The position numbers were made by a program, and so were the translations under genes. From positions 52,576,001-52,640,000 of the forward strand of contig NC_042998.1 of assembly GCF_006345805.1 (NCBI RefSeq): DNA of 64,000 nt, read 5' to 3'. Shown one piece after another: positions 61,541 through 64,000 of the stretch; position 1 is the stretch's first letter; each line of letters starts with the position of its first letter. Under the pieces are notes generated by a model, which did not search any database, was not told the origin of the DNA, and worked only from the letters and a program-made list of their open reading frames with translations. The DNA comes from Octopus sinensis. Lineage: Eukaryota.

Positions 61541-63149
61541 AACCTAATCTCTCCATAAGATATTTCTCAAAAGATCACACATTTTACTGACTCTTTGACA
61601 TAAAAATCAAAGCTGAGTTTCACCCATATTACAAACACGTTTACCATTATCTAGGGGCCACAATACAAAAGCATTGCAAACCACACATGAAGTTGCTAAA
61701 CAAATTTCATCCTTCTGAGAGAAAATGGCCTAATGCATCAAAATATCCATCAAATGTAAATAATGTAAATAATGTACATAATTCCTCATCTCTCAAATAT
61801 AGAACTGTGAGAAAAGTTGCGAAACAAATTTCGTCCTCCATAGAGAAAATGGCCTAATACATCAAAATATATACGATTAGGAGATGAAGGAGACACTTCA
61901 AAAATTAAATTTGCAATTCTGCATAGTGTTGCAGGAACTGAAAATTGATCAAAGTACTATAGCCCCTATTTCATAGAAAACCTCACATCATTGGGCCTCT
62001 CACTCTAATTCTAACATCCTGATGGAACTAACTTCAACCTCCCTTCATAAATTCATTCAGTGCCTGTTGACTTTCAAAAGAACAAAATAGTAGCATAAAA
62101 AAAATATTAGGAAGTGACATAAAATAAGAGGTGAACAGCCTTGTTCAAGGTGACATGCAGTACAATTAAGCCCAGAACTATGTGTTTGTTAAGTAAACAA
62201 CACATTGCCATAGCAACAGTATTTTCTTTGCTTCTTGGAATGACATTTTCTTACCATTTTACTACTGACTAATAACAGTGACCATCATGTGATTAGCTCA
62301 AGTCATTTAAAGAATGCATCCATGTTGACTTATTTCTAATCTATAAATTCCCAATTGATTTTGCGGTGAGAAATTTAGGATTAATTATAGAATACTTTTA
62401 TATAAATAAACTAAATATAGATGTAAACACAGATATATATTTCCATATTTCTAAAACTAGATCTAGTTTCAAACACATGTACATATTAAAGTGAGGGTTA
62501 TAATGACCAAAAAGAGAAACAGATGGTAGAGAAACAGAGTAAAAGTAATCTTCTGAAATGAATTTATTCCTCAGTAGAGTTTACAAGTCATCAGGCTAAA
62601 AAGAAATCCTCAAGCTAGGTGTGCATCTGTATGCATGTATGCATGTTTCTCTTGTATGTGTGTATGCAAAAAAGTATTTTATTCCTGACACAGAGAAAAG
62701 AAAATGCCACTTCACGAAGAGGACATGAGTAGAGGATAAGTGAGTATATCTCATAGAAAACATGTGTTAATACCATGGCTAAATCTCCTAATATAATAAT
62801 GAGCATAGTACTTTTATATATTTGTATATCTATATCTATATATATATATTTGTCCAGAATCATGCCGGACGTGGAGGAGGAGAGAAAATAGTAATTCAGT
62901 AAAGGAGAAGTAGTGAGAGTAATAGCCCTGACTAAGAGGGAGTGAGAAAAAGTAATAGCAATGAGAGAAAGGAAAGGGTGATAGAGGCAGGGGTGAAAAA
63001 AATCAATGTTTCAACTCTGTGTGAGTATATGTGTACATGTGTACAAGGAAAGTATGTAAATGTTTGTATGTGTGATTATTGCGTACCTTATTTTGTACCT
63101 TATTTACAAATAAAATACTGCAATTAGCCATCATTATTGATGACACATG

Positions 63150-63490
63150 GTTACTGAAGCTCCGGCGTCTGGCGACGGACTTGGTAAATGCCCACAAAGT
63201 TGTCAACCACCTCACCAATAACAACACTGAACACCTTTTTGATCTCCATGTGTCTAACACACGTGGACATGCCTACAAAGTCAGAAAACAACACAGCTCC
63301 CATGACTTTCGGAAACATTTCTTCACGCTCAGAGTTGCTGAAGCATGGAATAAACTGCCTGTGTCAGTTGTTGACTGCCATGACACTGCATCCTTTAAGG
63401 CCCTCATGCTTTCCGAAATCCGTCGAAACTACACCTGATTATATATGCACTTTAGATGAGTTGTAGTGCACCTGAGCACTGTACACAATG

Positions 63491-63527
<37 letters not shown>
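63150..63527 (+). mobile_element. 5'-truncated CR1 LINE 3' end
   Basis: LKLRRLATDLVNAHKVV..TRGHAYKVRKQ..RKHFFTLRVAEAWNKLP..ASFK (CR1 C-terminus), stop at 63438, 3' hairpin agtgc-acctga-gcact and (TTA)n tail. Confidence 0.9.
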
Positions 63528-63529
<2 letters not shown>

Positions 63530-63714
63530 ATCATAACTGATAGATGCCTACAGAATAAAACACACACATATAAACTCCCATTTTTGTTATAGAGGTTATA
63601 AATAGCTAAATTAAAGCTCCAGAAAACTTTCAAATGTTAGAGCAGATATTAGAAAGAAGCCAAACACATAGAAAGACATGTTTTATTGTTTTGGAATCTG
63701 GTTCTTGCTGCTGC

Positions 63715-63950
63715 CGCACCTCCACTTTTAACATCCATTTTTCTATGCTTGCATTGGTCGGATTGAATGTGGCTATTTGAAGTAGATTTTCTATGATCAG
63801 ATGCCCTTCCTGTCACCAACCTGCTGCCGTTTCCAAGCAAGGTACTATTTTCTCATAGTTAGACACATTTTCTACGAAAGACTGTAAATGAACAACCTTG
63901 CTTTTATGATGATCATTTACAACCATCATGTGATGTCTAGAGAAGACTAC
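63715..63950 (-). mobile_element. Family D variant
   Basis: ttttaacatccatttttctatgc..gatgcccttcctgtcaccaacc. Confidence 0.65.
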
Positions 63951-64000
63951 ACACAAACACATTCACAAACTCATACACACACACACATACATACCTGGCA

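Overview
This is an AT-rich, repeat-dominated eukaryotic non-coding window (intronic or intergenic). The repeat families and the very high (TA)n/(CA)n/(GA)n/(AAT)n density match what I recognise from Octopus genomes; this is recognition, not a database result. No protein-coding gene can be named. Most ORFs in the supplied track are microsatellite or SINE translations. The genuine protein homologies are all decayed transposons: a complete but inactive IR/DR-type Tc1 (54090-55701), an internally deleted mariner (42150-42790), two Dong/R4-like LINE 3' ends sitting in (TAA)n tracts, two CR1-type 3' ends and several RTE fragments. There are also dozens of tRNA-derived SINEs and several MITEs. Host-gene traces are limited to a CpG-retaining putative first exon (+, donor at 27411) and a few minus-strand candidate exons. 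The most interesting signal is minimal type I hammerhead-ribozyme architecture in two unrelated repeat families. One is a tRNA-headed, SINE-like element present as a head-to-head pair (60689-61540). The other is a CUGUAGA core variant at 25873-25910 and 52572-52609. Also notable are a 98-bp-arm fold-back (31021-31273), a microhomology-flanked templated insertion that duplicates a 35-nt candidate micro-exon, and a near-identical 1.38-kb tandem duplication. Repeat boundaries are by eye and approximate unless TSD or TIR coordinates are given.
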